DNA of 64,000 nt, from NCBI GenBank assembly GCA_026398535.1, contig JAPLSQ010000073.1, positions 86,444 through 150,443 of the forward strand, in the 5' to 3' direction. The notes beneath the pieces are model-generated. The model did not search any database. It saw nothing but the letters and a program-made list of their open reading frames with translations, and was not told where the DNA came from. Shown here in pieces: positions 56,013 through 64,000 of this stretch; position 1 is the stretch's first letter, and each line of letters begins with the position of its first letter. Origin of the DNA: Candidatus Sumerlaeota bacterium. Lineage in GTDB: Bacteria; Sumerlaeota; Sumerlaeia; Sumerlaeales; Sumerlaeaceae. The translations under genes were made by a program, and so were the position numbers.

Positions 56013-57158
56013 TTATATATGAACCGATTGTTCCTCCCGCATTCGGGCGATCACCCGCTCGATGACAGCCTCCGGCACGTCGTCGCGGATGATTGTTTTG
56101 CCGATGGCCACGGGAAGCACGAAGCGCTGGCGACCGCCGACAACTTTCTTGTCGGTTTTCATGGCTCTGACGATCGCGGAAGGCTCAAGATTCCCCGGGA
56201 TGCGGTCGGGCAGGCCGGCCCGGCGGATGAGCGCACGCAACCGCTGGCGGTTTTCAGCGCTGAACAGCCCCATCTCACCCGCCACTTCGGCGGCGGCGAT
56301 CATGCCGATTGCCACGGCCTGGCCGTGGAACTGCGTCTCGGCGTAGCCGCTCAGGCTCTCGATGGCGTGGGCAAAGGTGTGGCCATAATTGAGGGTGGCC
56401 CTCAGCCCGCCTTCGCGCTCATCGGCGGACACGATGCGCGCCTTGATCTCGCACGACCGGTGTACGGCGCGCATGAGCGGCGCGGGTTCGAGCGCCATGG
56501 CGTTTTCGATTTCGGTTTCAAGAACGCCGAAGAAATCCGCGTCGTCGATGACGCCGCACTTGATCACTTCGGCGAAACCGCCGCGGATATTGTGCGCGTC
56601 GAGACTGCGCAGACGCGCCACGTCAATGACGACGAGACGCGGCTGGTGGAACGCGCCTATAAGATTCTTACCCATGGGATGGTCAACGCCGGTCTTGCCG
56701 CCGATTGAGCTGTCCACCATGGCGATGACCGTTGTGGGAACCTGGATGAAAGTCACGCCGCGCATGAATGTGGCGGCCACGAATCCGGCAAGATCGCCCA
56801 CAACCCCGCCGCCGAAAGCGATGACGCATGTGCGGCGCCCGAAGCGGCCGCGGATCAGCTCATTGTAAAGTTTCGCGGCGCTATCAAGCGTCTTGAACCG
56901 CTCGCCGTCGCCGGCCATGGCCACGGAAGCGCTGATGCCGGCCTCGCGCAATGCCGTCATGAATGCCCCGCCGTGGAGGCGCCAGATCGTTTCGTTGCTG
57001 ACGACAAATGCGCCTTCAGGACAGAACTCGTTGATGGCGCGCGCCGCTTCGCCCGGCTCATTGTCATGGAACCGGATGTCGTAGCCGCGTTCGCCGAGTT
57101 CGACTCTGAGCGGCAACGGCGCCTTTAGGCGCGAAGGTGCAAGGTTGTTCATCGTCAT
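56013..57158 (-). CDS. aroB: 3-dehydroquinate synthase
   Basis: 381 aa with an NAD-binding glycine-rich FGGGVVGDLAGF. Metal and substrate blocks are EVIKCG and HTFAHAIE. It lies 37 bp downstream of topA on the same strand. Confidence 0.9.
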   Translation of the reverse strand: MTMNNLAPSRLKAPLPLRVELGERGYDIRFHDNEPGEAARAINEFCPEGAFVVSNETIWRLHGGAFMTALREAGISASVAMAGDGERFKTLDSAAKLYNELIRGRFGRRTCVIAFGGGVVGDLAGFVAATFMRGVTFIQVPTTVIAMVDSSIGGKTGVDHPMGKNLIGAFHQPRLVVIDVARLRSLDAHNIRGGFAEVIKCGVIDDADFFGVLETEIENAMALEPAPLMRAVHRSCEIKARIVSADEREGGLRATLNYGHTFAHAIESLSGYAETQFHGQAVAIGMIAAAEVAGEMGLFSAENRQRLRALIRRAGLPDRIPGNLEPSAIVRAMKTDKKVVGGRQRFVLPVAIGKTIIRDDVPEAVIERVIARMREEQSVHI

Positions 57159-57195
57159 CTGTTCTTATCATGACATAACAGGAAAGACACCGGCC

Positions 57196-59961
57196 TCATT
57201 CGTCGATCGCGCCGGAAAATCCTTCGGGCAAAGGCGCGGATGCTTCGCCGTTGTGTGGCGTGTCGTCACCGCCGGGCGCCGCGCCCGCCGCGTCGGACAG
57301 CGCTTCCACATGGCCGCAGTCCTTGTTGGGGCAATGGAGTGTGGCGCGCTTCGGGTTTTCGTGTTTGAGCATGAACGGATTGCCGCAGGCGGGACATGGG
57401 CGCGGCATGGGAAGCGTCCACAGCGTGTTTTTGCAGCGCGGATAGTTTGTGCACGAGTAGAAAATCTTGCTGTTTTTGCTCATGCGCTCGGCGAAATCGC
57501 CGTCGCCGCACAGCGGGCATTTGACGCCTGTCTTGTAGGGTTTGGCATTTTTGCATTCGGGATAGCCGGGGCAGGCGAGGAAACGCCCATGGCGCCCGTT
57601 CTTGACCACGAGCCGCCGGCCGCAGTTATCGCAAACCTCGTCGCTCTCCACGATTTCCTGCGCCGCGGGCTGGCCGTTTTGTTCCTTGTAGGGTTTGGCG
57701 TTTTTGCATTCGGGGTATCGCGGGCATGCCAGGAACTGGCCGTTGCGCCCCCATTTGACAACCATGTTGGCCTGGCCGCATTTGTCGCATGGGATGACGG
57801 TGGGGATTTCCTGGCGTTTGACACTCTTCATGTTTTGCTGGGCAGACTCAAGGCGGTCCTTGAACTCGCAGTAGAATTCGTCGAGCAACGCGCGCCAGTC
57901 GCGCACGCCTTCCTCCACCTCGTCAAGCTTTTCCTCCATGCGCGCCGTGAACTCGACGTCCATGACCTCCGGGAAATGCTCCACGAGCAGATCTGTGACG
58001 ATGTAGCCGAGTTCGGTGGGGCGGAAGCGCTTGGCGGTGTCCTTGTTGACGTATTCCTTGTCCTGGATGATGGAGACAATGGTCGCGTAGGTTGATGGGC
58101 GACCGATGCCGCGGCGCTCGAGCTCCTTGACAAGCGAAGCCTCGGTGTAGCGGGGCGGCGGTATTGTGAAACGCTGGACGCCGCGCAGTTCGTTCACGGC
58201 CAGCGCGTCGCCCTGCTTGACCGGCGGCAGTTTCCCGGTCTTCCCGTTTTCTCCCTCGGCCTCGTCGCGGTCCTCCTCGTAGACGGCAAGGAATCCGGCG
58301 AATTTTTGCACGAGACCGGTGACGTTGAAAAGCAGCCCCTCTCGCGGCAGCGAGTCGATTTTCGTCTGTTCGAAGATGGCATCGGCCATCTGGCAGGCGA
58401 TGAAGCGGTTCCAGATGAGCGTGTAGAGGCGCCGTTGATCCTTGTCGAGGAACGGCGCCACGCGGGCGGGATCATACTGCATGTCGGTTGGGCGGATGGC
58501 TTCGTGGGCATCCTGCGCGCCCTTCTTCGTGCGGTAGAAATTGGGCTGGTGCGGCAGGTAATTTTCGCCGTATGTCTGGGCGATGCATGCGCGGGCGGCG
58601 CGAATGGCGTCGTCGGAGATGCGCGTCGAGTCGGTGCGCATGTAGGTGATGAGCGCGGTCATGCCGTCGGAGCCAAGCTCGACGCCCTCGTAGAGCCGCT
58701 GGGCGGTCGTCATGGTTTTTTTCGCGCCGAAACCGAGTTTGCGCGCGGCCTCCTGCTGAATAGTGCTCGTGATGAAGGGCGGCGAGGGGTGGCGGCTGAC
58801 GTCCTTTGTCTCGACAGACGCGACCGTCCACGGATAGCCGATGCGCCCGCGCAACGCCTTGCGCGGTCCCTGCGGGCCGCGGGTGTTCTCCGGGTCAAGC
58901 GTGATCTCGGAGACGGCTTGCGCGCCGAGGCGCTCGAAAAGCGCGCGCGCCTCGATGGCGCCGCCGAGCTGCGGCTTGCGGCCGTCGACCTGCGCGAGCC
59001 TCATTTCAAAGGGCGGCGGGACGGCTGCCTCCACCTGCGCCTCGATCGTCCAGAATTCCTGCGGGATGAACGCCTCGATCTCGCGCTCGCGCCCGACAAT
59101 GAGGCGCACGGCCACCGACTGCACACGCCCGGCGCTGAGGCCGCGCGAGACCTTCGTCCACAACAGCGGCGAAATCTTGTAGCCCACGAGGCGGTCGAGA
59201 ATCCGGCGCGCCTGCTGCGCCTCGAAAAGCTGGAGGTTGATTTCCTGCGGGTGCTCGATGGCCTCCTGCACGGCGCGGCGCGTGATTTCATTAAACGCGG
59301 CGCGGTGGACGGGCGTCTTCACGCCGCGGCGGCGCAGTTCGTCGGCGATGTGCCAGGCGATGGCCTCGCCCTCGCGGTCTGGGTCGGGCGCGAGGTAGAT
59401 TTGGGTGGCAACCGCGGCGTCGCGGCAGATGCGGCCGATTACCTTCTCCTTGCCCTTGAGAACGACATAGTGCGGCTCGAAACCCTTGTCGATGTCGACG
59501 CCGAGTTTGGAGGTTGGCAAATCCTTGACGTGGCCGATGGAAGCCTCGATTTTGAACTGCGGGCCGAGATACTTGCCGAGTGTCTTGGCCTTGGCGGGCG
59601 ACTCAACGACGACGAGCGATTTGCCGCTGGCGCTGGAGTCGTCGTCCTCGTAACCGGCGCGCGCGGCGGCGCTTGTCTTGCGTGCCGCAGTGCTTTTTGC
59701 GGCGGTTGCGTGTTTTTTAGCCGGCGCGGCGGCGCGTGTCCTGCGTGCCGCAGTGCTTTTTGCGGCGGTTTTTTTCTTTTCCGATGCGGGCAAAACAAAC
59801 CCTCTTTCATTCTTGATCTCAGACGGCGCAGACAACCAGTCTGTGCCGCGGGGCGCCGGGACCGGCGCCTTGTCCTCCTGTTGGAGCGCCCTCTGGCGTC
59901 TCCGCACCGTCCGGCCAATCCAACGCCTGCTAAATTCGCCAATGGGGAAGCTTTTATTCAT
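57196..59961 (-). CDS. topA: DNA topoisomerase I with N-terminal lysine/alanine-rich histone-H1-like extension and C-terminal zinc ribbons
   Basis: The TOPRIM start SLVVVESPAKAKTLGKYLG is at ~aa 115. The active-site region and several C4 zinc-ribbon repeats (CDKCGQ...CPRYPEC, CDNCGR...CPGYPEC, CPLCG...CTNYPRC, CPACG...CPNKDC) are present. The N-terminal ~110 aa carries a duplicated Ala/Lys repeat TAAKSTAAR[RK]T[RS]AAA. The precise start codon is uncertain. Confidence 0.85.
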   Translation of the reverse strand: MNKSFPIGEFSRRWIGRTVRRRQRALQQEDKAPVPAPRGTDWLSAPSEIKNERGFVLPASEKKKTAAKSTAARRTRAAAPAKKHATAAKSTAARKTSAAARAGYEDDDSSASGKSLVVVESPAKAKTLGKYLGPQFKIEASIGHVKDLPTSKLGVDIDKGFEPHYVVLKGKEKVIGRICRDAAVATQIYLAPDPDREGEAIAWHIADELRRRGVKTPVHRAAFNEITRRAVQEAIEHPQEINLQLFEAQQARRILDRLVGYKISPLLWTKVSRGLSAGRVQSVAVRLIVGREREIEAFIPQEFWTIEAQVEAAVPPPFEMRLAQVDGRKPQLGGAIEARALFERLGAQAVSEITLDPENTRGPQGPRKALRGRIGYPWTVASVETKDVSRHPSPPFITSTIQQEAARKLGFGAKKTMTTAQRLYEGVELGSDGMTALITYMRTDSTRISDDAIRAARACIAQTYGENYLPHQPNFYRTKKGAQDAHEAIRPTDMQYDPARVAPFLDKDQRRLYTLIWNRFIACQMADAIFEQTKIDSLPREGLLFNVTGLVQKFAGFLAVYEEDRDEAEGENGKTGKLPPVKQGDALAVNELRGVQRFTIPPPRYTEASLVKELERRGIGRPSTYATIVSIIQDKEYVNKDTAKRFRPTELGYIVTDLLVEHFPEVMDVEFTARMEEKLDEVEEGVRDWRALLDEFYCEFKDRLESAQQNMKSVKRQEIPTVIPCDKCGQANMVVKWGRNGQFLACPRYPECKNAKPYKEQNGQPAAQEIVESDEVCDNCGRRLVVKNGRHGRFLACPGYPECKNAKPYKTGVKCPLCGDGDFAERMSKNSKIFYSCTNYPRCKNTLWTLPMPRPCPACGNPFMLKHENPKRATLHCPNKDCGHVEALSDAAGAAPGGDDTPHNGEASAPLPEGFSGAIDE
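59661..59769. repeat. ~47-bp direct repeat (2 copies, 15-bp spacer) encoding the duplicated Ala/Lys-rich segment of the TopA N-terminal tail
   Basis: Copy 1 is gcgcggcggcgcttgtcttgcgtgccgcagtgctttttgcggcggtt at 59661-59707. Copy 2 is gcgcggcggcgcgtgtcctgcgtgccgcagtgctttttgcggcggtt at 59723-59769. There are 3 mismatches between copies. Confidence 0.9.
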
Positions 59962-60059
59962 TTGGCGGTCGTTTCGGTCATTTTGTTTCGGTCATTTTGC
60001 CAATTGGCTTGACGCCATCACATATTCCATCCAGTGTCGCGGGTGTTGATGATTGACTC

Positions 60060-61169
60060 ATGAAGACTCCTTTTGACATTGGCGTCACGCCGGACGCGGA
60101 CGGGTTTCTGCGGTGCATCCGGCGCGAGGGTGAGCCGCGGCGCGTCCATTTGTTCGAGCTTTATCTGGACCCTGAAATCCAGCAGGCCATCTGCGACCGC
60201 TATGGCGTGCTGGAGGGGCTTGATCCCGGCGGCGCGCATTTCGAGTTGCGCAGGCAGATCCGCCTTCAGTCGTTCCTCGGCTATGATTACGTCCGTTGCG
60301 GGCTGGACGGTCTGCAAATGCCCATGAGCACGCGTTCGGTTGATGACACGGCGGCGATGGGACACGATGCCGGCCGCCAGTTCGAGGACGAGCACACAGG
60401 CCCCGTCGCCACATGGGAACAGTTCGAAAAATACGACTGGCCCGATCCGGCGCGGGCGTCCACCGAGCCGCTCGAATGGCTTGAGAAAAACCTGCCGGAC
60501 AACATGTGCGTCATGGGCAACAGCGGTTACGCCAGCAGCATCGGTTTCGGCCGGTTCTTCAAGTCGCTGTCGTCGCTTATGGGCTACGAGACAATGTGCT
60601 ATGCGCTTTACGAGCAGCGCGATCTTGTGGCCGCGATTGTCAGCAGAGTCACCGCGATTTACAAAGCCAGCCTTGATCGCATGCTCGAGTTTGAGCGCGT
60701 CAGGCTTATCGTGGCCAATGACGACATGGGTTTCAAGACGGGGACGCTGGTCAGCCCCGGCGATCTGCGCGAGTTGATCCTGCCCGCGCACAAGCTGATG
60801 GCGCAAACGGCGCGCGCGGCAGGGCGCCCCTACGTGCTGCACTCGTGCGGGAATCTCGCGCTCATTATGGACGATCTGATTGATGACGTGAGGATTGACG
60901 CGAAGCATTCCTTCGAGGACGTCATCCTGCCCGTTGCCGAGGCCAAGAGGCTCTACGGCGGGCGCATTGCCATTCTTGGGGGCATCGACATGGACGCCAT
61001 CACGCGCGGCAGCGAGGCCGAGGTGCGCGCCCGCGCGTGCCAGACGCTCGAAGCCTGCATGCCCGGCGGGGGCTACTGTCTGGGCACGGGCAATACGGTG
61101 GCAAACTATGTGCCCGTGGACAATTATCTTGCCATGATGGACGAGGGGAGAAAATTCGGGCGGGGATAG
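60060..61169 (+). CDS. uroporphyrinogen decarboxylase (URO-D) family protein (MtaA/CmuA-like methyltransferase fold)
   Basis: 369 aa and TIM-barrel-like, with URO-D family blocks (LMGYETMCYALYE..., IVANDDMGFKTG..., LHSCGN). It is divergent from topA. Confidence 0.6.
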   Translation: MKTPFDIGVTPDADGFLRCIRREGEPRRVHLFELYLDPEIQQAICDRYGVLEGLDPGGAHFELRRQIRLQSFLGYDYVRCGLDGLQMPMSTRSVDDTAAMGHDAGRQFEDEHTGPVATWEQFEKYDWPDPARASTEPLEWLEKNLPDNMCVMGNSGYASSIGFGRFFKSLSSLMGYETMCYALYEQRDLVAAIVSRVTAIYKASLDRMLEFERVRLIVANDDMGFKTGTLVSPGDLRELILPAHKLMAQTARAAGRPYVLHSCGNLALIMDDLIDDVRIDAKHSFEDVILPVAEAKRLYGGRIAILGGIDMDAITRGSEAEVRARACQTLEACMPGGGYCLGTGNTVANYVPVDNYLAMMDEGRKFGRG

Positions 61170-61235
61170 GCGTGCGGGCGCGGCGGCAGCGCCTTACACG
61201 AAGATGTAAAAAAACATGAACAGGGGTCTTTGCCG

Positions 61236-63878
61236 TCACTTATCATTGTCGTAGAAGCGCCGGAGTTCGCCGATGACCGTGCCGGCGGGGCCGCGGATGA
61301 CGCGCATGGGCGGCAGACTGCGCAGGAACGTCTGGCCGTAATGCTTGGTGAGCAGACGCCTGTCGAGGATGAGCACGATACCGCGGTCGGCGCGCGAGCG
61401 GATGAGCCGCCCGAATCCCTGCTTGAACGTGATGACGGCCAAGGGCACGGAGAGTTCAAGGAACGAGTTGCCGCCGTTGCGGTCGATGCGCTCGGTGCGG
61501 GCTTCCAGGATCGGCGTCGTGGGCACGTGGAATGGCAGCTTGGTGAGGATGAGGCATTCGAGCGCCCGGCCTTGGACATCGACGCCCTCCCAGAACGACG
61601 AGGTGGCGAACAGCGCCGCGCGCGCGGACTTGCGGAAGACGTTGAGCAGGCGGTTGCGCGGCATTTCACCCTGGCGCAGCGCCGTGATGCCCGCCTTGGC
61701 CAGCGGGCCGCGCAGCGAGTTGTGAATGCGCTCGAGTGCTTTATAGGAAGTAAAAAGCACGAAGGCGCGCCCGCCGGTGACGGAGATCGTGTCGAGGATC
61801 GCTGATTCAACGGACTCCTCAAAATTCTCCGCCGCAGGCAGTTCGATGTCCGTCGGCACGCCGACCACACAGCGGTTTTGATAGTCGAACGGGCTGCCCA
61901 GCAGAAGGAAGTCGCACCGCGCGGGCACATCAGCCTGGCCCGCGTCCAGGGCGGCGGCGGGCGGTGGCGGCGGTTCGCTGCCGCCGTTGTCGCGGTCGCC
62001 CTCGCCGTCCTGTGCGGCCGGCATCGCGCCCAGACCGAGCTGGCGGACTATGAAGCCGAATTTCTTGTCCACGGTGAGCGTGGCGGAGGTGAGAACCACG
62101 GTCTTTTTTCGCTCGAAGAGCGACGCGCGCAACAGCGGCGCCATGTCCAGCGGCGCGGCGCAGGGGCGGATGACGGGGTTGTCGCGATAGTGCCCGACCT
62201 CAAACCACCGGCAGTGATCCCCGCCCGCGGCAAGGAAAAACCGGATGCTGGCGGCATGCTCGGTCAGTTTCGCCGCGCAGGCGGCCGCCCCAAGGCAGAT
62301 TTCCATGATGGCTTCCTGAATGCCGGCGGGGTAGTCTTTTGTCAGGCGCAGGGCGCGCTCGAGCGGCTTTAGGTAGGCTTCTATGTCATCGGCGATGCGC
62401 CCGAGCAGCTCGCGGGCCTGCTGCCAGTAATCGCTCTCCGCGACCGTTTCCGTGATGCGCAGCTCTCGGTGTTCGCGCGGGCCGAGGCTGCTGATTTTGA
62501 AATATTCGAGCGTCAGGTCGAAGAGATGTCTGAATCCCTCGTCGGCGGCAGCCTCGAGGTTTTGGCGCGCGGCGGCCGCGTCCTCGCTCAGCAGCTTGAG
62601 GATGGGTTGCGTGGGCGGCCATGCCTGCGCGGTGTCGTTGTCGAAGATGATATTTTCAAGACGCGGCAGGATGCCTTTTCCCTCGCGCGAGGAATTGAGC
62701 CTTTGCATCTGGCGCATGATGGCAAGCTGTGAAGTGCTTGCTGAAAAATACTCGGTGGCAACACCCTCGATGTGATGCGCCTCGTCAAAGATGACGTGAT
62801 CGTAAGGCGGCAGGATGGCCGTGAAGTCGTTGCCCGTGGCTTCCCGCTTGATGGCGAGATCGGCCATGACGAGATGATGGTTTGCCACGATGATGTCCGC
62901 GGCGGCGGCCTCACGGCGCGACTTGTAAAAGAAGCACTCGTTGAAATGCGGACACTGGGCGCGCAGACAGTCGTCCTTGTCGCTTGAGACGGCTTCCCAG
63001 ACCTCGTTGCTGGGGCGTGTGGGGAGGTCTGAGCGGGAGCCGTCGCTTGTTCGCGCGGCCCAGCCGGCGATCTGCCTGAGCTCTGTTGTGCGCTCGGTGG
63101 GGATGAGATCAATCTCGCGGACGGCAAAAGCCAGCCGCCGCAGACTGACGTAATTGCCGCGCCCCTTGACCAGCACTGCGCGCGCTTTGAGCCCCATTTT
63201 TTCCGCAAGGACGGGGATGTCCTTGGTGATGAGCTGCTCTTGGAGGTTGATCGTGTTGGTCGAAATGACGACGCGCTTCCTGTTGGCCAGCGCCCAGACG
63301 ATGGCTGGAGCGAGGTAGGCGAAGGATTTTCCCACGCCGGTTCCGGCCTCGACGACGGCGATGCGCCTGTCGTTGAAGGCCCGCGCGACAAGGCGCATCA
63401 TTTCAATTTGCTGGGGCCTGTGCTCGTAGGAGTCCAGCGAGCGCGCCAGCATGCCCCCGGGGCCAAACTCCTGCTCGATAAGCTCAACATCAACGGGATG
63501 GATTTTCGTTTCACGGAAGGGCTTGACGACAACGCGCACGCGCTCGCAGGTGTTGTCGATGATGTAAAACCCGATGCCCGCCTTGCCGTAAAGAGAAGCG
63601 ATGTTGATGTCGGCGTCCGACGGTTCAAGCTCTCCCGATGGATGGTTGCGGATGAGGGCCTGTCCCGGGCGCGCCTCCTGTGCGGGCGCGGGAACGGCGT
63701 CCCAGTTGCCGAAAGCCAGCGGATCGAGTTCGTCGATCGTGCCGGAATCGCCCACGGAACCGACCGCGAACACCTCGCAACCGTTGAATTCATTGATGAG
63801 AGCGCGCAACGACTCCAGGCAATGCGCGGCAATCAGTCGCTCGGCCTGCTGTTCGCGGTTTTTACTTGTCTCTGTCAT
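61236..63878 (-). CDS. dinG: DinG/Rad3-family ATP-dependent DNA helicase with ~150 aa N-terminal domain of unknown function
   Basis: Walker A is VVEAGTGVGKS and the DEAH box is VIFDEAHH. The FeS-cluster cysteines are CLRAQCPHFNECFFYKSR. The helicase C-terminal domain runs to the end. The N-terminal 150 aa (before QQIEMM) lacks DEDD exonuclease motifs. Confidence 0.8.
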   Translation of the reverse strand: MTETSKNREQQAERLIAAHCLESLRALINEFNGCEVFAVGSVGDSGTIDELDPLAFGNWDAVPAPAQEARPGQALIRNHPSGELEPSDADINIASLYGKAGIGFYIIDNTCERVRVVVKPFRETKIHPVDVELIEQEFGPGGMLARSLDSYEHRPQQIEMMRLVARAFNDRRIAVVEAGTGVGKSFAYLAPAIVWALANRKRVVISTNTINLQEQLITKDIPVLAEKMGLKARAVLVKGRGNYVSLRRLAFAVREIDLIPTERTTELRQIAGWAARTSDGSRSDLPTRPSNEVWEAVSSDKDDCLRAQCPHFNECFFYKSRREAAAADIIVANHHLVMADLAIKREATGNDFTAILPPYDHVIFDEAHHIEGVATEYFSASTSQLAIMRQMQRLNSSREGKGILPRLENIIFDNDTAQAWPPTQPILKLLSEDAAAARQNLEAAADEGFRHLFDLTLEYFKISSLGPREHRELRITETVAESDYWQQARELLGRIADDIEAYLKPLERALRLTKDYPAGIQEAIMEICLGAAACAAKLTEHAASIRFFLAAGGDHCRWFEVGHYRDNPVIRPCAAPLDMAPLLRASLFERKKTVVLTSATLTVDKKFGFIVRQLGLGAMPAAQDGEGDRDNGGSEPPPPPAAALDAGQADVPARCDFLLLGSPFDYQNRCVVGVPTDIELPAAENFEESVESAILDTISVTGGRAFVLFTSYKALERIHNSLRGPLAKAGITALRQGEMPRNRLLNVFRKSARAALFATSSFWEGVDVQGRALECLILTKLPFHVPTTPILEARTERIDRNGGNSFLELSVPLAVITFKQGFGRLIRSRADRGIVLILDRRLLTKHYGQTFLRSLPPMRVIRGPAGTVIGELRRFYDNDK

Positions 63879-64000
63879 GATCGGGCGATGTCATCTGGTG
63901 TCGGACTCCCCGGAATCTTAAATATCATTTGTGCGAAGTTGACGTTTTACTTGCATTCAACAGACTGTTTTGGCATGAGAAGGATATAGTAGTTGATGTT

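Noticed and set aside
1-64000. Mobile elements, prophage, CRISPR arrays, tRNA or rRNA genes
   Set aside because: No transposase, integrase, recombinase or phage structural ORFs. No regularly spaced direct repeats beyond the three short tandem repeats listed. Intergenic regions scanned by eye show no cloverleaf-compatible tRNA-like segments and no rRNA-like conserved stretches.

Overview
This is a ~64 kb, high-GC (roughly 63-65% by eye) bacterial chromosomal segment, gene-dense on both strands. I found no rRNA, tRNA, CRISPR array, transposase or integrase. The supplied ORF track appears to treat TTG and GTG as start codons (e.g. the 28434 start is a TTG), so several starts were re-derived by hand.

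Housekeeping genes:
- guaA, truncated at the window start, with a CBS-less IMPDH-family paralog next to it
- dapF, rsmG, thiG, leuA, cdd, aroB, topA, a DinG-family helicase and an S41 C-terminal processing protease
- a dihydropyrimidinase, a CHAD-domain protein and an ECF sigma factor

Other content:
- three transporters: DASS/SLC13, a sodium:solute symporter and an orphan ABC-2 permease
- a minus-strand array of secreted or glycan-active enzymes (GH20-like hexosaminidase, SASA-type sialate O-acetylesterase, two putative TIM-barrel glycoside-hydrolase-like proteins, GH116-like glucosylceramidase) interrupted by a B12-binding radical SAM enzyme and an SPFH protein
- elsewhere, a 1081-aa BNR/Asp-box repeat protein and an AXE1-like esterase
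- a plus-strand envelope-polysaccharide-like cluster (GT9 heptosyltransferase-like, GT-C/PMT-like glycosyltransferase, thioredoxin-like protein, TPR proteins, a kinase-less Wzz/GumC-type co-polymerase flanked by two paralogous TM-TPR proteins with C-terminal beta-sandwich-like domains, M23 peptidase)

The most interesting calls:
1. A T-box-like leader upstream of leuA: 13 of 14 bases match the core T-box motif, with a 7-nt UGGN bulge architecture, immediately 5' of a perfect 10-bp GCAA-tetraloop intrinsic terminator.
2. A translationally coupled SNF2-helicase/SWIM-zinc-finger pair (YwqA/YwqB-like).
3. The atypical co-polymerase cluster.
4. Topoisomerase I carrying an N-terminal histone-H1-like Ala/Lys tail built from a ~47 bp direct repeat.

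The set of secreted glycan-active enzymes and the ECF sigma factor suggest a PVC-superphylum-like or similar glycan-degrading organism. This is a weak inference only.
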